This document shows, piece after piece, positions 14,587-26,127 of a stretch of 64,000 nt of DNA. Position numbers and translations under genes: made by a program. Position 1 is the first letter of the stretch. Each line of letters opens with the position of its first letter. This DNA is from Anolis carolinensis. Its lineage: Eukaryota. The notes under the pieces are model-generated. The model was not told the DNA's origin. It was given only the letters and a program-made list of their open reading frames with translations, and searched no databases. The stretch covers positions 53,304,201 to 53,368,200 of the forward strand of contig NC_085843.1 of the NCBI RefSeq assembly GCF_035594765.1, in the 5' to 3' direction.

Positions 14587-15060
14587 TGTCAGATAGCTAC
14601 GTTGCTCAGGGAGTCATTGTTAGCGAGTGCGTATAGCGGAACCAGCAGCGTCCAGTTAACACCATGTGCAAAAGACTCAGACCAGGCAGAGGAATTAAAA
14701 GAACAAAGAAAACTTTACTTGTTGAGTTGAAGTTAAATAAACAGTTCAGCAATCGTACAAAGTCCTTGTAGTTGTATAGGATCAATAACTAATCAATCAG
14801 CATTCAATATATACAGCATAGCATATTTAGAACTGCTACTTGACCGTAGCTAGAGAGCCTGTCTTTTCTGTGCTCTCCCTACAAGCTCAGATTTCCAACT
14901 GACAAACTCAGCCACCTGCTAGCAAACCGATAAATTGTTTGAGACGTGGCTTGCCTCTGCAAAAAGCTCTCAGCTCCCTTTTTGCAGAGAAAGCAAGCAA
15001 CTTTGCAAGGATTTCTTTACACACACACATACATAGCAATTTGGCGCAATAGTCATATCA
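14587..15060 (-). mobile_element. Probable solo LTR (~474 bp)
   Basis: TG...CA termini, near-perfect 5-bp TSD CTGGA/CTGAA, more CpG than the flanks. Orientation is tentative. Confidence 0.55.
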
Positions 15061-15152
15061 CTGAAAACCATGATAGCAATGCTGTAAATTCTTCAGTGAA
15101 AATATTAGATAAACCATATCAGTGCATAAGTTTCACTAATGTAACTAAAATA

Positions 15153-15569
15153 CAGTCAGTTGTCAAGTAACAGACATCCAACTTACATACGACTCCTAGT
15201 TAAGAATTTAGAAGACATCAGGAAGTGAGAGGAAATTTGCCCCTAGGAAGGCAAATACACTCCTGAAAGACTTATCGTGAGAAAAAGGTTTCTCCAATGA
15301 AACTTTCTCACTAATCTTTGTTTCCATGATAACCTAAAATGTTCAAAATCCAACTGTCACAGGGATAGAAAGTGAGGTGAAATGTTCTCAACAGAGGCAC
15401 AGACAGCAAAACAAACATTACTGTGTTAACTCTTCCCTGTGCTATCCAAAACTATCTCTTTCTTTATGTGTGTGTGTGTGTGTGTACACATATATATGGG
15501 CTAGAGTTAAACTTTAACTTACATACAAATTTAATAAACCTAAATTGTATATAACCCAGGAACTGCCTG
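15153..15569. mobile_element. Tigger/pogo-like MITE containing a (TG)n tract
   Basis: TA-flanked imperfect TIRs cagtcagtt / aactgcctg; internal repeated aacttacatac. Confidence 0.6.
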
Positions 15570-15939
15570 TATGACCAAATCAAATGGATAACTGTTCATA
15601 TTCAGTAGACTGGCTACATTCCATTATGTTCTTTGATGTTATCCAATGTGCTAATATTTTTTGAGACAAGAACACTAGCATGTTTCTACTTACAAGCCAT
15701 AACAACTTTCATCCATCAATAAGCATAACTTTGTTGAGTGCATTTTAAAACATTTTCACACCTGGAATCTCTTTAATTGTTTTTGTACCCTCTCCTTTCC
15801 AAAAAGGAAAAGGTAAAATGGGTAAACTGGAATAGCATAAGTATTCTCAAATGTGTGTCCAATGAAAATTTGTTTTTTGTTACCGGAAGAAAAGTATGAC
15901 TTAAAAGATAGCTGACCTGCATTATGTATATATTAACAC

Positions 15940-16102
15940 TTGTCACATCTCAAAAAGACTACTGCAACGTGCTCTACACGGGGCTGCCTTTGAAGACTGT
16001 TCGGAAGTTCCAAGTAGTCCAACAGGCAACAGCCAAATTGCTCACTGGAGCAGCATACAGGGAACATACAACCCCCCTGTTGTGTCAGCTCCACTGGCTA
16101 CC
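15940..16102 (+). mobile_element. L2 LINE ORF2 fragment
   Basis: Translates DYCNVLYTGLPLKTVRKFQVVQQATAKLLTGAAYREHTTPLLCQLHWLP, a typical L2 post-RT region. Confidence 0.88.
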
Positions 16103-17220
16103 AGAATGGCAATTTATTTAGTGGTCCTATAAAAAAAAAATAACCTAACATGGATATAGAAAAAGTGGTGAATTTGACAGTGGTCCTGTATTTTTTTTCT
16201 TTAAGGATATCTGAAATTTTGGAAAGCTAGGATAATGAAAAGAATCAATGACTTCTCCCCCATCTGTTGCTCATTAATATCACGCAGTAACCAAATACAA
16301 GCTGGAAATCGCTTTCACACTTGAAGGGGAAAATGTCTTGTTCTCTCTGTCTCATTTCTGTTTACATTGCTGTGAAAATAGTTGGTGTGACATGTAACAT
16401 TAGAAAAAGCCAATTTCAGTTGAAATGCTACTCCTTAGAAATGTAACTATTAAATGTGAAACATCTGGAGAAAGCATAGTAATATATTACCATAGATAAA
16501 AATGTTATTATCACAATCTCAGCACAGAGAATAGGACTTCATCCCACGGTTCCTTTCCAAGTGTTTCTATACATTTGAAACACAAAGCCCCACAGAGCCC
16601 ATCAGATTACACAAAATAATGGGTTTCCCATTTGAGCCCTTTTAAAAAAAATTATTAAGATGTATTTTTTACAACATCACTAAAAAAGAAAGGAAAGGGT
16701 AGCTGTAGAGAGAAGAAACGATAGCAGAAAAAGGATGTGGATGGAGAAGGGGGTAAAAGAAAAGGGAATAAGGGGGAAAGAAGAGAGAAAAGTTTATGTA
16801 CTTCCAGTCTTCTTCATTGTGATTTGGTTGTTATGCTTAAATTTCAGTTTCTTAGTCTATGCTTCTCCTATATAACCCTCCTCCTTGTGAGACCATTTTT
16901 CTTTTTAGTTGATTGCACTATATTATCATCTTTCATTTCTCTCATAACATATACTCCTTAATACATTTCTCAAATGTGTAAAAATGTAAAGATTTTTAAA
17001 ACGCTTAGGAATTGACTCCAGGTGGATCCCTGCACATAGAAATCAGTTAAACCAGTGAAATTTTGGTGTGATAGCAATTGTTTTCTTTTTTCATGTTCTT
17101 TCTGTTTTGTTACGTTTTCCTGTGGGCGGTCCTTAAATTATTATTATTATGACACAGCAAACAAGATAGATATGCTGGATTTCATATCACAAAATCACAA
17201 GTCGAACACTTCCCAAGTGT

Positions 17221-20200
17221 CTAAAACTGTGTGATGTATTTTCGGATGATGCGCTCAGATCCCAGCAGAGTGGCCTTTTGCAGCTGGCAGATCGTAATTT
17301 TGTCAATGTCTATTGTTTCCAAATGCTGGCTGAGATCTTTTGGCACGGCACCCAGTGTGCCCATCACCACCGGGACCACCTGCACTGGTTTCTGCCAGAG
17401 TCTTTGCAGTTCAATCTTGAGGTCCTGATAGCGGCAGAGTTTTTCCTGTTGTTTTTCGTCAATGCGACTGTCACCTGGGATGGCGACATCAATGATCCAA
17501 ACCTTTTTCTTTTCCACAACTGTGATGTCTGATGTGTTGTGTTCCAGAACTTTGTCAGTCTGGATTTGGAAGTCCCACAGTATCTTTGCGTGCTCATTTT
17601 CCAATACTTTTGCAGGTTTGTGATCCCACCAGTTCTTTGCTGCTGGGAGGTGGTACTTGAGGCATAAGTTCCAATGAATCATTTGGGCCACATGGTTGTG
17701 CCTCTGTTTGTAGTCTGTCTGTGCAATTTTCTTACAGCTGCTGAGGATATGATCAATGGTTTCGTCAGCTTCCTTGCAGAGTCTGCACTTTGGGTCATCA
17801 GCTGATTTTTCGATCTTGGCCTTGATTGCATTTGTTCTGATGGCTTGCTCCTGGCCTGCAAGGATCAGGCCTTCTGTCTCCTTCTTCAGGGTCCCATTCG
17901 TGAGCCAGAGCCAGGTCTTCTCCTTATCAGCTTTTCCTTCAATTTTGTCAAGGAACTTCCCATGCAATGTTTTGTTGTGCCAGCTGTCAGCTCTAGTTTG
18001 TAGTGTGGCTTTCTTGTACTGGTTTTTTGTCTGCTGTGCTTTGAGGAGTTTCTGATTTTTGACTTCAATCAAAGCAGGTTTATCATTTTGCTTTACATAT
18101 TCTGCCAGGGCATGTTCTTCCTCTTTGACTGCTTGTTTTACTTGTAAGAGTCCTCTGCCCCCTGATCTTCTAGGCAGATAGAGCCGGTCAACATCACTGC
18201 GAGGGTGCAGTGAATGATGAATGGTCATGAGTTTTCTTGTTTTTCTGTCCAAATTGTCCAGTTCCATCTGTGTCCAGTTTATGATGCCAGCAGTATATCT
18301 TATGACAGGTATGGCCCAGGTGTTTATGGCCTTGATGGTGTTGCCTCCATTGAGCTTGCTTTTGAGAATTTTTCTGACCCTTTGTGTGTATTCTTTGCTG
18401 ACCACAGTTTTCTCATGTTCATGCTTGATGTTGTCCAGCTGTAATATGCCCAGATATTTATAGGCCTCTGGCTGGTGACACTTTATTGTTTGGCCATTAG
18501 GCATTTTTATGCCCTCACTTTCAATGATTTTTCCCTTCTTCAATGCCACTGTTGAACATTTGTCCAAGCCAAACTCCATGCTGATATCAGTGCTAAAAAT
18601 TCGGACAGTGTTAGTCAGAGACTGGATTTCAGTTTCCGTTTTCCCATACAGCTTCAGGTCATCCATGTACATCAGATGCGAAATTTTGTGAGAATTCTTA
18701 CAAATTTTGATAGCCGAGATTTGTTTTTTGTAAAATTGTTGACAGAGGGATCATGGCAATAATGAAAAACAGAGGTGACAATGAGTCTCCCTGGAAAATT
18801 CCTCTCCTGATGTTGACAAGTCCATAGTTTTCATTTCCAACAAACAGTTCAGTTTTCCAGTGCTCCATCATGTTTTCAATGAAGGTGCCAACGTTTTTAC
18901 TAATCCCGATGGCGTCCAGGCACTTGATGATCCAGCTGTGTGGGAGTGAGTCAAAGGTTTTTTTGTAGTCAATCCACGTCATGTGAAGATTAGCTTTTGG
19001 GCTTTTACAGTTCTCCAGAATCATTTTGTCAATCAATAACTGGTCATTTGTGCCCCTGCTTTTCCGTTTGTTGCCTTTCTGTTCATCTGGCAAGATGTTT
19101 TTTTCTTCAAGATAGTCTTGAATTCTATCAGCTATGATGCCAGTCAGTAGTTTAAACATAGTGGGCAGACACGTTATTGGCCTGTAGTTTCCTGGTGCTG
19201 CTCCTTTTGCTGGATCCTTTTGCATCAGGTAAGTTCTTCCAGTTGTTAGCCATTCACTGATACTTCCTTTCTGCAGCATCTCATTGAATTGTTGGGCCAT
19301 TTTTCCATGTAAACTAATCAGATGTTTGAGCCAAAATCCATGAAGTTGATCACTACCAGGCGATGTCCAGTTCTTGACTTTTTGCACTCGTTTGCTGATC
19401 ATTTCAGTTGTTATTTCCATCTGTTCCATTTTGTTCTGTGAGAATTTTCCTTCAAACTCCTTTATCCACCCAGCGTTTTTGTTGTAGTTCTTATTATTTT
19501 CCCAAAGCTCTTTCCAGAACTTCGTTGTTGCAGTTTTCTCTGGCTTTATGGTTACTGTGTCTGTTGTTTGGTTCAGGCTCTGGTAGAACCGTCTTTGGTC
19601 TGATTGAAATAGTTGATTTTGTCTGTACTGGATGATTCTGGCTTCATATCTTTCAATTTTTCTGGCTGTTGCTGTAATTTGTTCTTTCACAATTTCCAAG
19701 GCTTCTTCAATTTTTCTGGTGTTCAGCCAGTACTTTCTGATCAGGTGTTGCTTGATTTTGTCATTCTTCAGTTTCTTCTCTTTCATATTTTTCAGGTTAC
19801 TTGCATCTGATCTAAGTTTCTTGATTTTCAACTCTAGCCTGACCTTCCACTTTGGTTTTCCAGTCGATTTTCTTTGGGGCTGCCTTGGTTGTAGGAGCCC
19901 AAGCTCTTCTGTTACTATCACTGCTGCACTGTAGGCATACTGGTTTGTTTGTTCAATTGATGTTATTTGGGCAGTGGAGAGTACTGCATTCACATCTTTC
20001 ATGAGAGGCGCCAGGTGTCTCTTGGGAACTGTTTTTAGAGTTGGGAGCCGCTGTCTTATTGCATTTGCTGCAGCATGAGCCATGATCTTATCCTTGAGCT
20101 CTTGTTGTCTTGCTGTCAAGGTTCCTGGTGGTTCAACAGGTGTTTAAAGTGCTGGTTCATCAAATTCTTGCAAAAGCTCCACACTTTCTTCTGGTTCAAT

Positions 20201-20635
20201 CTGTTCCACCATTCCAAGTGTTGCTGGAGTCTCTGCTGCTGTCTGTGCTGTGGTCTGATGGTAATTTGCTTTGCAGATTTTCTGGATTTCTTCAAGTTGA
20301 ACTTCACTGAACACTTTGTTTCTGATTATGAATCTTCGTTGGTCAGCCAGTCGGGGTTCTGTTATCTGTGAGTCAGGGTACTCTTGTTTCCATAGCTGAT
20401 GCATCCTTTTTTGGTAGCCGCGCTTTTCAGGTTCAGAGTTGCAATAGCATTTCATGACTGTGCGGTTTTCTGGCATTGTATATTTCTGCCTCTTCTGTGA
20501 CTGTTCATTTGGGTTTTGATGATTCCGTAGCCCACTTGTCGATGGATGTCCAGAATCAGCAGCATCCACCGCGGTCCTTTTTATCCTGGGCGACGACCGA
20601 GCCAGTATAGACTTCGTTTTGGTTTGATTCTCCAT
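17221..20635 (-). pseudogene. R4/Dong polyprotein (~1137 aa when repaired): N-terminal Myb-like domain, reverse transcriptase, CCHC zinc knuckle, restriction-like endonuclease
   Basis: ORFs 20144-20635 and 18698-20119 share a frame and are separated only by a TAA at 20144-20146. A +1 frameshift near 18700 leads into ORF 17221-18672. Motifs: NYRPITCL, WIDYKKTFDS, GIFQGDSLSP, YMDD, YKYLG, CRLC..ETIDHILSSC, RHN, (S)D..DVAIP..EK. Confidence 0.95.
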
Positions 20636-20721
20636 AATGCTAATGGGTTAGGTGCACTTGGTTGCATTCCTCCACTGAGGCCTCTCTGGCTTGGTTGGAC
20701 CTGCCGGTAGTTACACTACCG

Positions 20722-20795
20722 CCAGCACAGCCCTCAGCATCCTCAGAATGGCTAAGCCCCCCACCACGTCAAGGTGGCACCTGCGGGGGGGGGGG

Positions 20796-20796
<1 letters not shown>
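20722..20796 (-). ncRNA. Putative HDV-like (L1Tc Pr77-type) self-cleaving ribozyme at the 5' end of the R4/Dong element
   Basis: Minus strand reads (C)12-GCAGGTGCC-ACC-TTGACGT-GGT-GGGGGG-C-TTAGC-CATTC-TGA-GGATG-CTGAG-GGCTGTGC. Hand-folds as P1, P2, P3/L3, P1.1, P4 and a CNRA J4/2. Confidence 0.72.

Positions 20797-20844
<48 letters not shown>
20797..20844. repeat. (TAT)16 microsatellite, upstream target flank of the R4 element
   Basis: Directly visible; gives the poly-Y and poly-L spurious ORFs. Confidence 0.97.
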
Positions 20845-21360
20845 GCATTTGCAATGCTGAAGTAATGCTACTTTTCTGTATCAGAATTGAGAAGTTCTCT
20901 TTTTAAAAAAATGTGGGGGAAGAGAAACGGGGAGGAGCTTGCAAAGCAAACAGATGATTTCTGTAGAAACGGGAGAAGAAAAACAGGATGCTAGAAAACA
21001 ATTTCCTCCATTTTCCACCCCCCACCCTTGGTGGGATGAAGTCCATACTCCTAATAAATAAGGGAGTATTTAGTGCTCTCTGCTTACAAATCTGTCTTTT
21101 TCTGCCCACTTGAACAGTTTGCTTGGATCTGCAAGATGTCTAAGTACTTTCTTACTGACAAAGAAGTATGGACTGGTATAGAAGGAGGACCTACATGTGT
21201 AGCAGCAAGTAACAAATTTCTGGCGTGTGGATTGCAGCACACAGATCTGGCCATTTACAAACTGACAGAAGTGACTGGTATGGAAGAAAGAAGTTGTGCA
21301 TGGAAATATCTGGTTTTGTCTAAATGTCCCGCCACCACTGCTAGTATGGGGCTGGAATAG

Positions 21361-21425
21361 CCATACCATGTTAATAACCATACCATGTTAATAACCATGT
21401 AACTATACCATGTTAATAACCATGT
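21361..21425. repeat. Short tandem repeat (ccataccatgttaataa, ~3 copies)
   Basis: Directly visible 17-bp unit with a spacer before the third copy. Confidence 0.85.
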
Positions 21426-22659
21426 GAGGAGTGCCTTTGCTAGGGATGCTAGAGAACCTGCTCATGGCTGCTTCCAGGATGTACAACTTAATTTAAAAGA
21501 TCTTAGCTTGTTTGTAGAACAAGCAGTTCTTTATCCATTCCAATGGGTTGCTATAAGATAAGGTTTTACTTTAGTGATGACTGTCCTTTGATTTTGTTGT
21601 CTTTCAATTGATTTGTTTTTTTTATTGCTTCTAAAGTCATTCAGTTAATATGTTTAATTCTGATCATTGCTGGTCATCTTGAGATCACATTGTTCGGAGA
21701 AAGGCAAATCATAAATTTAACAAAAAAAACTGGGGAGATGATTAGGGTCGAAGTTGACATGTGTTAAGTGCTACCGCCTTGTTGATTCTGCATTTTGTGA
21801 ATGGCCTCTTTAACAAATTCTGGGTTGTCTTTTTTCCAAACAGGTTTGTGTTGTCACCAGAATAATCTGATTTTAATCCCACAATGACAGTCTAGGAATG
21901 TGGGTTGCTTTAATATTTTTCTTAAATACTGGGAGGATGATATAGTTAATTACCTTTGAGAACAAGAACGAGTAATTGGATTAGTTGGTTTTCAACATCC
22001 TGAAAAGTCCATCTCTAGGTATACCTTCAGCCATGAGTTTCTGCATCCATTAAAATAAATTAGAAGTGGCTTGAGAAAATAGCAAATCAGCATCAGCTAA
22101 CCAGATAGAACTGCTGTAAATTTTAGCATATCAAATTGGGGCGTCTATCTTCATTATTTTATTTTTCAGCTTATTCCAATTATGCAGTTCAATTAAATCC
22201 CACTCCTTTTAATTCAAGAACAAAATAGTATTTCCTATATACTTAATGTCTAATAAGACAATACTAAAGAAGACCTACAAGGCATGTCAGTCCCTGGAAA
22301 ATGAGGCTGAAGAAAAGCTTCCTTAAATTGTTGGGTTGGACAAGGAAATGTACTGAATGGAATGAGCTCCACAAACAGAAGTGTTGTTGTGTGGACCTGT
22401 AGAGATAGTGCCCCAATAGCAGATTGTGTCTGAATGTGTACCAAGAATTGCACCATATCCAGAGAGATACTTGTTTAATAAGGAACAGATATTTCTTTCT
22501 TTTTTAGCATACACTGTGGGATGATAATAGCCTTCTAACTTCATTCTATAAACCTTAAACTCCCCTTACTCCTAGTGTCTGTATTTAAATACAGTTATGT
22601 TCATTTGACAATCACCGAATAAATAGAATAAAAAATAAAAGGTTCATACTTGTCTTGGC

Positions 22660-23265
22660 TATTTATTTATTTTTTATTTATTTATTTATTTACAACATTT
22701 ATATCCCGCCCTTCTCACCCGAAGGGACTCAGGGCGGCGTACAAATTGGCAACAATTCAATGCCTGCACATAATTAAAACAGCAATGAAAATCCAATAAA
22801 ACAATTAAAACAATAGAAAAATATAAAACATATGATTAAAATCCATTCCTCCAAAATCCTCGTGCTGTAGCCGTAAATCAGTCCAGGGTCGTCTTTTATC
22901 ATTTAATCTTTGAAAGCCTGGGCACATAGCCATGTTTTCAGGGCTTTTCTAAAACTCAGAAGGGTTGGGGCGTGCCGTATTTCTCTGGGGAGGGTGTTCC
23001 ACAGCCGGGGAGCCACCACCGAGAAGGCCCTGTCCCTCGTCCCCACCAGCCGTGCCTGTGAGGCAGGCGGGACCGAGAGCAGGGCCTCTCCAGATGACCT
23101 TAGGGATCTTCCTGGCTCATAGGAGGAGATACGTTCGGACAAGTAGATTGGGCCAGAACCGTTTAGGGCTTTATAGGTCAAGACCAGCACTTTGAATTGG
23201 GCTCGGTAGCATATCGGCAGCCAGTGGAGCTGGCTTAACAAGGGGGTGGTATGCTCCCTGTAAGC
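22660..23265 (-). mobile_element. L2 LINE, 5'-truncated 3' end (young)
   Basis: ORF 22903-23352 segment AYREHTTPLLSQLHWLPICYRAQFK...RAFSVVAPRLWNTLP...FRKALKT. 3' stem-loop ccgccctgagtccc and (TAAA)n tail. Confidence 0.93.
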
Positions 23266-23884
23266 TATTACGTTACACCTGGGACAGTGTGGTGAGAGTT
23301 TGTGTACCGCTGTATATAGTGAATCGTATTCCGAGTTCTTGTCTGCATACAAGGAATTAGCAATTTTTTAAAATTTATATATGTACTTATTTCCTTTCCT
23401 TCAGATCATGTCTGCCTCTGGTAATATAAAATAACTCTAAATGAACAGTATAATCAGGTAATTTATTCTTTATTTTCCTTTGTATGTACATTTTGTATGA
23501 TTTTTGAGACAAAGGGAGAGTATCCTATAACTTAAAAAGTTGACATCATATAAAAACTGGGGTTATTTTTGGATTCAGATGCCAAAAGTTAATCAAAAAC
23601 AAGTGTCAGATCTAACTCAATGAAAATCGTGCTTCCCAATGTAATAGTATTACTAAATGGTTGAATGAAACTGAAGCTGAATTCTGATAAAGATAGTGTA
23701 GACCTATGAACTATTAGTTCTTTGGTCTGTTCTGGGTGGGACTGCACGATCCTAAAGGCGTTGGAAGTACTCCTGCACCATCTTTGCCAATAGGGGTCCA
23801 AGTGGACTCTGTTGCTTAGACCACATGGGGGCAACTGTCTTGTCCACCAGTCTAATTTTTTCTGGAAATGTAACCAAAACAAAA

Positions 23885-24010
23885 GGGTTTTTGCATTAGT
23901 AACTTTCAGTTTACTCTATTGTCAAGCACTCTATATGAGGTTGCCCTTGAGGGAAACCCAGAGCCTGCAGTTAGTTAAAAAAAACATTATCTTTGAGCCA
24001 GACTGCTAAT
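23885..24010 (+). mobile_element. Old L2 ORF2 fragment
   Basis: Translates ALVT..L.YCQALYMRLPLRETQSLQLV. Confidence 0.55.
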
Positions 24011-24371
24011 GAGAATACCATATAGATGTTATGAAATAGATGTCTTAAAATAATTGTGCTTGTTGCCAATATTCTTCTGGCCTGAAGTGAAGATGCTTGT
24101 GATTATATCTAAAGAATTAAATAGTTTGAGACCACAGTTCTTGAGGAAGCATCTTCCTCTATACTCTATAGACTGAGATGTGCTAAGGGGTTCCTCCCTG
24201 ACCCGCTCAAAGATAACATGGGAGAGGAACTGGTAGGCAGTGGCACTATCATTGTCCTCCCCTTGAAGTCCCAACTGACAGCCATGCTGGCTTCATTTTA
24301 ATTCCAATAAAAACATGACTGTTTCTTGAGGACTTAGGGTCCAAGTTACTAAAAATATATTTACATCGTTT

Positions 24372-24478
24372 TAAGTGACTGGCTTAACCTTGAAGGAGCT
24401 GAGGATGGCGACAGCCAACAGGGAGCACTGGCATGGGCACGAAGATTCAGAAGCGACTGAATAAATAAACAACAATAA
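24372..24478 (+). mobile_element. BovB/RTE 3' tail fragment
   Basis: gaaggagctg...acagggagcactggcatggg...cacgaaga.tcagaagcgactgaa..aataaacaacaa; atcgttt duplicated on both sides. Confidence 0.7.
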
Positions 24479-24632
24479 ATCGTTTAAACATGTTTTGATT
24501 TTTTCACACCACTTTAGTTCATTTTTTAAATATGCTTTTAATAATTAAATTTATTTACCTTATTTTGTGGGCTTACATTTTTGATCTGCTTAAATACTTC
24601 ATTTGTATTCAGCCCTAGGATCTTATTAAATA

Positions 24633-24956
24633 CATTAGAGTCTCACTTATCCAAGCTAAACGGGCCGGCAGAAGCTTGGATAAGCGAATATCTTGAATAA
24701 TAAGGAGGGATTAAGGAAAAGCCTATTAAGCATCAAATAAGGTTATGATTTTACAAATTAAGCACCAAAAACTTCATGTTATACAACAAATTTGACAGAA
24801 AAAGTAGTTCAATATGCAGTAATGTTCTGTTATAATTACTGTATTTACAAATTTAACGCCAAAATATTACGATATATTGAAAACATTGACTACAAAAATG
24901 GCTTGGGTTATCCAGAGGCTTGGATAAGCGAGGCTTGGATAAGTGAGACTCTACTG
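24633..24956 (+). mobile_element. Tc1/mariner-type MITE, copy 2 (subtype B)
   Basis: Same TIR and interior as 1000-1322; TA TSD. Confidence 0.92.
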
Positions 24957-25812
24957 TATAAATATTTTAATAAGTACACAATAATATTATTGAAAGGTTG
25001 AGCAATTTGTCTGGTTGAAGAATGAAATTTGTTGTGATGTCTTAATATTTTTACCATAACTCTTTTCCTATAAAAAATTAATGAGTTATCCATAGTTTTT
25101 CCCATACTGATATTATAGCTAAACTAACCAGAAATTCTTATAAGTAGGGAAAATATTTCCTGTAACAAGCACTGTCTTCTGTCAAAACTATGTCTTGATT
25201 GATGTGAGCAACAGATCTGACTAACTGCCTAAATGATAGAACATTCTGGGTCATATGAGTGTAGTAACACTAGTGCTATAAATACAAAGTGATGCTCCAT
25301 ATAGCTAACATGTTCCTGCTTAGTGTCTTTTTGATTTAATGCTTGGGTATGACCTTCCCTCAGATAAGCTTCTTAGTGAATGTTGAAAACCATTTAGCAA
25401 TTCTCATGATGTATGACTTGAACTAAATGAACATGCCATTAAGATGTCAACAGTTTAACTTGCAAATTTTCCTGTGTTTTCCCCTCATTGCTTTTTTGGT
25501 GGGGGATATATATTTATGAGAGTTTAAAAGAGAGTGTATATATGACTGGCCATTAGGTAGCAGTTACACCAAATAATGCTTCAACTGTATATCTCACTCT
25601 TGTTTCTTAATTCTGTTTTACTGCATATGAAATTATCTCTATTTTTTCAAAAGAGGTTGCCTTGTTTCCTATTCAAAGCAGACACAGTTGTTCCCTTTCT
25701 TGTACTTTTTGTTGTTCCTTTTTGAATTACAGAAGTATAAGGGGGCACTTGACAAGCAGACCAATTGCCCGCATGCAAAACATATAACTGTCCCTTTTGG
25801 AGTGAGATATGC

Positions 25813-26127
25813 GGCCTCATCAGACAGGCAAAATTGCTCCACTTCACTTGAGGCATGGAGTCTGCCGGCTCCCATCACATGATGATGGGATTCTGGCAGG
25901 GCTCAGTGCTTTAAGTGGAAGTGTTGCAGGAGGCAACAGTGGCAAAACAGGAGGCTTGCCATGTTGTATAGGAAACAAAAAAGGGGAAATTGGGTGGCAA
26001 CACTTCCTCCTGTGAGATGAGATGAGGGGGAAGGTGGGCAATGCGGGGTGTTGGGCGAGGGGTCCTCCATGTCCCAGGCTGGACCCCACTGAATTCACCA
26101 TGTTGCATGGCGATGTGATGAAGTCCT
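25813..26127. mobile_element. Probable Harbinger-like MITE
   Basis: Imperfect TIRs ggcctcatcagac / gtgatgaagtcc. Confidence 0.4.

Larger units (their letters stand above)
17151..20796 (-). mobile_element. Full-length R4/Dong-clade non-LTR retrotransposon (RLE-type), inserted in a (TAA)n microsatellite
   Basis: Single-ORF architecture RT + CCHC + REL endonuclease. 161-nt 5' UTR and 70-nt 3' UTR. Flanked by (TAT)n at 17137-17150 and (TAT)16 at 20797-20844, the known Dong/R4 microsatellite target. Confidence 0.93.

Noticed and set aside
20144-20146. Programmed readthrough or a separate ORF1 in the R4 element
   Set aside because: R4-clade elements have a single ORF and the frame continues unchanged, so a copy-specific nonsense mutation is more parsimonious.
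17231-20371. Many plus-strand ORFs antisense to the R4 ORF
   Set aside because: Shadow ORFs of the coding strand with no independent signal.
20662-20906. Poly-Tyr and poly-Leu ORFs
   Set aside because: Translations of the (TAT)16 microsatellite.
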